Part shown: positions 62,817-64,000 of the stretch, in pieces
Numbering within the stretch: the stretch's first letter is position 1
How the letters are laid out: each line of letters begins with the position of its first letter
From: a virus
IMG/VR virus record: IMGVR_UViG_3300050821_002231
Coordinates: 38,897-102,896 of that record
Reading direction: 5' to 3' (one strand)
Length of the DNA: 64,000 nt
Translations under genes and position numbers: made by a program
The notes under the pieces: generated by a model
The model's database searches: none
What the model was told of the DNA's origin: nothing
Seen by the model: the letters and a program-made list of their open reading frames with translations, nothing else

Positions 62817-63489
62817 AAATCGGCCGCGCGACTGAGATACTATTCGGCATTGGAATCTTGGTCGCAGTGATATACGTTTGGGTTGTGAAATTCATCTCAC
62901 CCTGTTGCTATCATCACTTTCGATGACACCCGACGAGCAAATCCTGCAAACAATCATCACGGAGCGCGGCTACTTGGTCGGATGCACGGACTATAACTTG
63001 GTTGTTGGTCAAGAGATAAGATTTTTATGGGATTGGGATAATCTTCCGCTTCATGTTAACCAACCATTTCGAGTCATTCGGCAGACCGATAAAACTGATT
63101 TCGCGATACAGGCTGCGCTTATTGAGCACCACTGGCCGGACATGAATTGCGAAGGAGATCGGTGCGATGGGGAAAAGTTCTACCGGATCGGAACGGACTG
63201 AGAATGGCGCAGAGCAAGGAGCGCACCCGCCAAGCTGCCGCACAATTCATTCGTGACCTCAACGATGACCTCCGAACAATCAAGCGAATCCAGCAAGACG
63301 TAGACGCTCTACTTGATGCTGGGAACGAAGGTTCTCATGGCTCATGTCTGCTCGAAGCCATAGCCAGCCTCTTGGAAGATGTCAGCGACGATTACCGCGC
63401 CACGCGAGATTCCTAGCAGAAGATCAAAGAGACAGGCGTCATCGGGAAGGAATAGTTCCAATCCTTCCACCGGGTGGAGACAATGCCTC

Positions 63490-63518
63490 TTGACTGATTC
63501 ACTAGTATTCTGTATGCT
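63490..63518 (+). promoter_or_regulatory. Sigma70 promoter with operator
   Basis: TTGACT (63490)-17 bp-TATGCT (63513); GATTCACTAGTATT at 63496-63509. Confidence 0.75.
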
Positions 63519-64000
63519 CCTTGGCATGAAGATACAGAAGTTCTGGATATTTCAAGGCGAAGCGGGATTGTACGCATCTTCCCTTCCTCCGCGTAATCCT
63601 CGGGTTGACTTTGAAACTGAGCGAGAGCGGTGGGTAAGAGAGAGACAACAAAATGCCTTGTGGGTTACTGAAGCGCAGAATGCCGAACAGGCGCTAGCCA
63701 AATACAATGAATACGCGGCCCAGCATCCTGTCATAATCGCGTACTTGTCCGAATGGAGGGCATCTCGCTATAAACGGCTCGTTCTCTTTCTCCAATGCCC
63801 GATTGTCTGCCGCCTGTTCAAAATCGAGAGGTCGAGAAAATTCTTCGCACGCGAAGCCGAGAAGGTTGAGAGCGGCGGAGATGTCACCACTTTTACCGCT
63901 AGGGAATTCCGCGATTTAGAGCGGCACTGTCTTGAAATCGAGAGCAAACTTCTAACATATGTCAGATTAGACGGAGATTCTTTGCGTGCGTGAAGCGACC

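Noticed and set aside
1-64000. Integrase, tRNA genes, terminal repeats
   Set aside because: None recognised by eye; lifestyle and genome ends cannot be determined from this window

Overview
The window is a ~64-kb stretch of a tailed dsDNA (sipho-like) phage or prophage. Essentially all credible genes are on the + strand. Order: early/accessory genes (1-18 kb), terminase, portal with intein, MuF, protease and capsid (18.7-35 kb), neck, tail and GTA-like tail tip (36-52.7 kb), lysis (55-56 kb), then a glycoside hydrolase, SNF2 helicase and RHH regulator (58-63 kb). The host may be Acidobacteria-like (weak inference from the secreted Ser/Thr/Gly-rich and glycoside hydrolase genes). I recognised no integrase, tRNA or CRISPR array. 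Main finding: an RNA-guided TIGR-Tas-type locus at 1446-3544. It has nine stem-loop units of the form stem-CCA-N9-TG(N4-5)CCA-N9-TG-stem, interleaved with an uncharacterised 182-aa gene and an IS110/Nop-domain gene whose RuvC-like domain appears catalytically dead. Other findings: ten dispersed copies of a palindrome TCCACCSGGTGGA at gene boundaries; six sigma70 promoters sharing an operator GATTCACTAGTATT; a Gln-terminated portal intein; a probable -1 frameshift fusing portal to a 2H-phosphoesterase (Acb1-like)/MuF protein; two acyl carrier proteins; RodZ-, TadE-, PAS- and Csp-like host modules; and four deletion/frameshift scars in the early region. All family assignments come from motif recognition by eye, not database searches.
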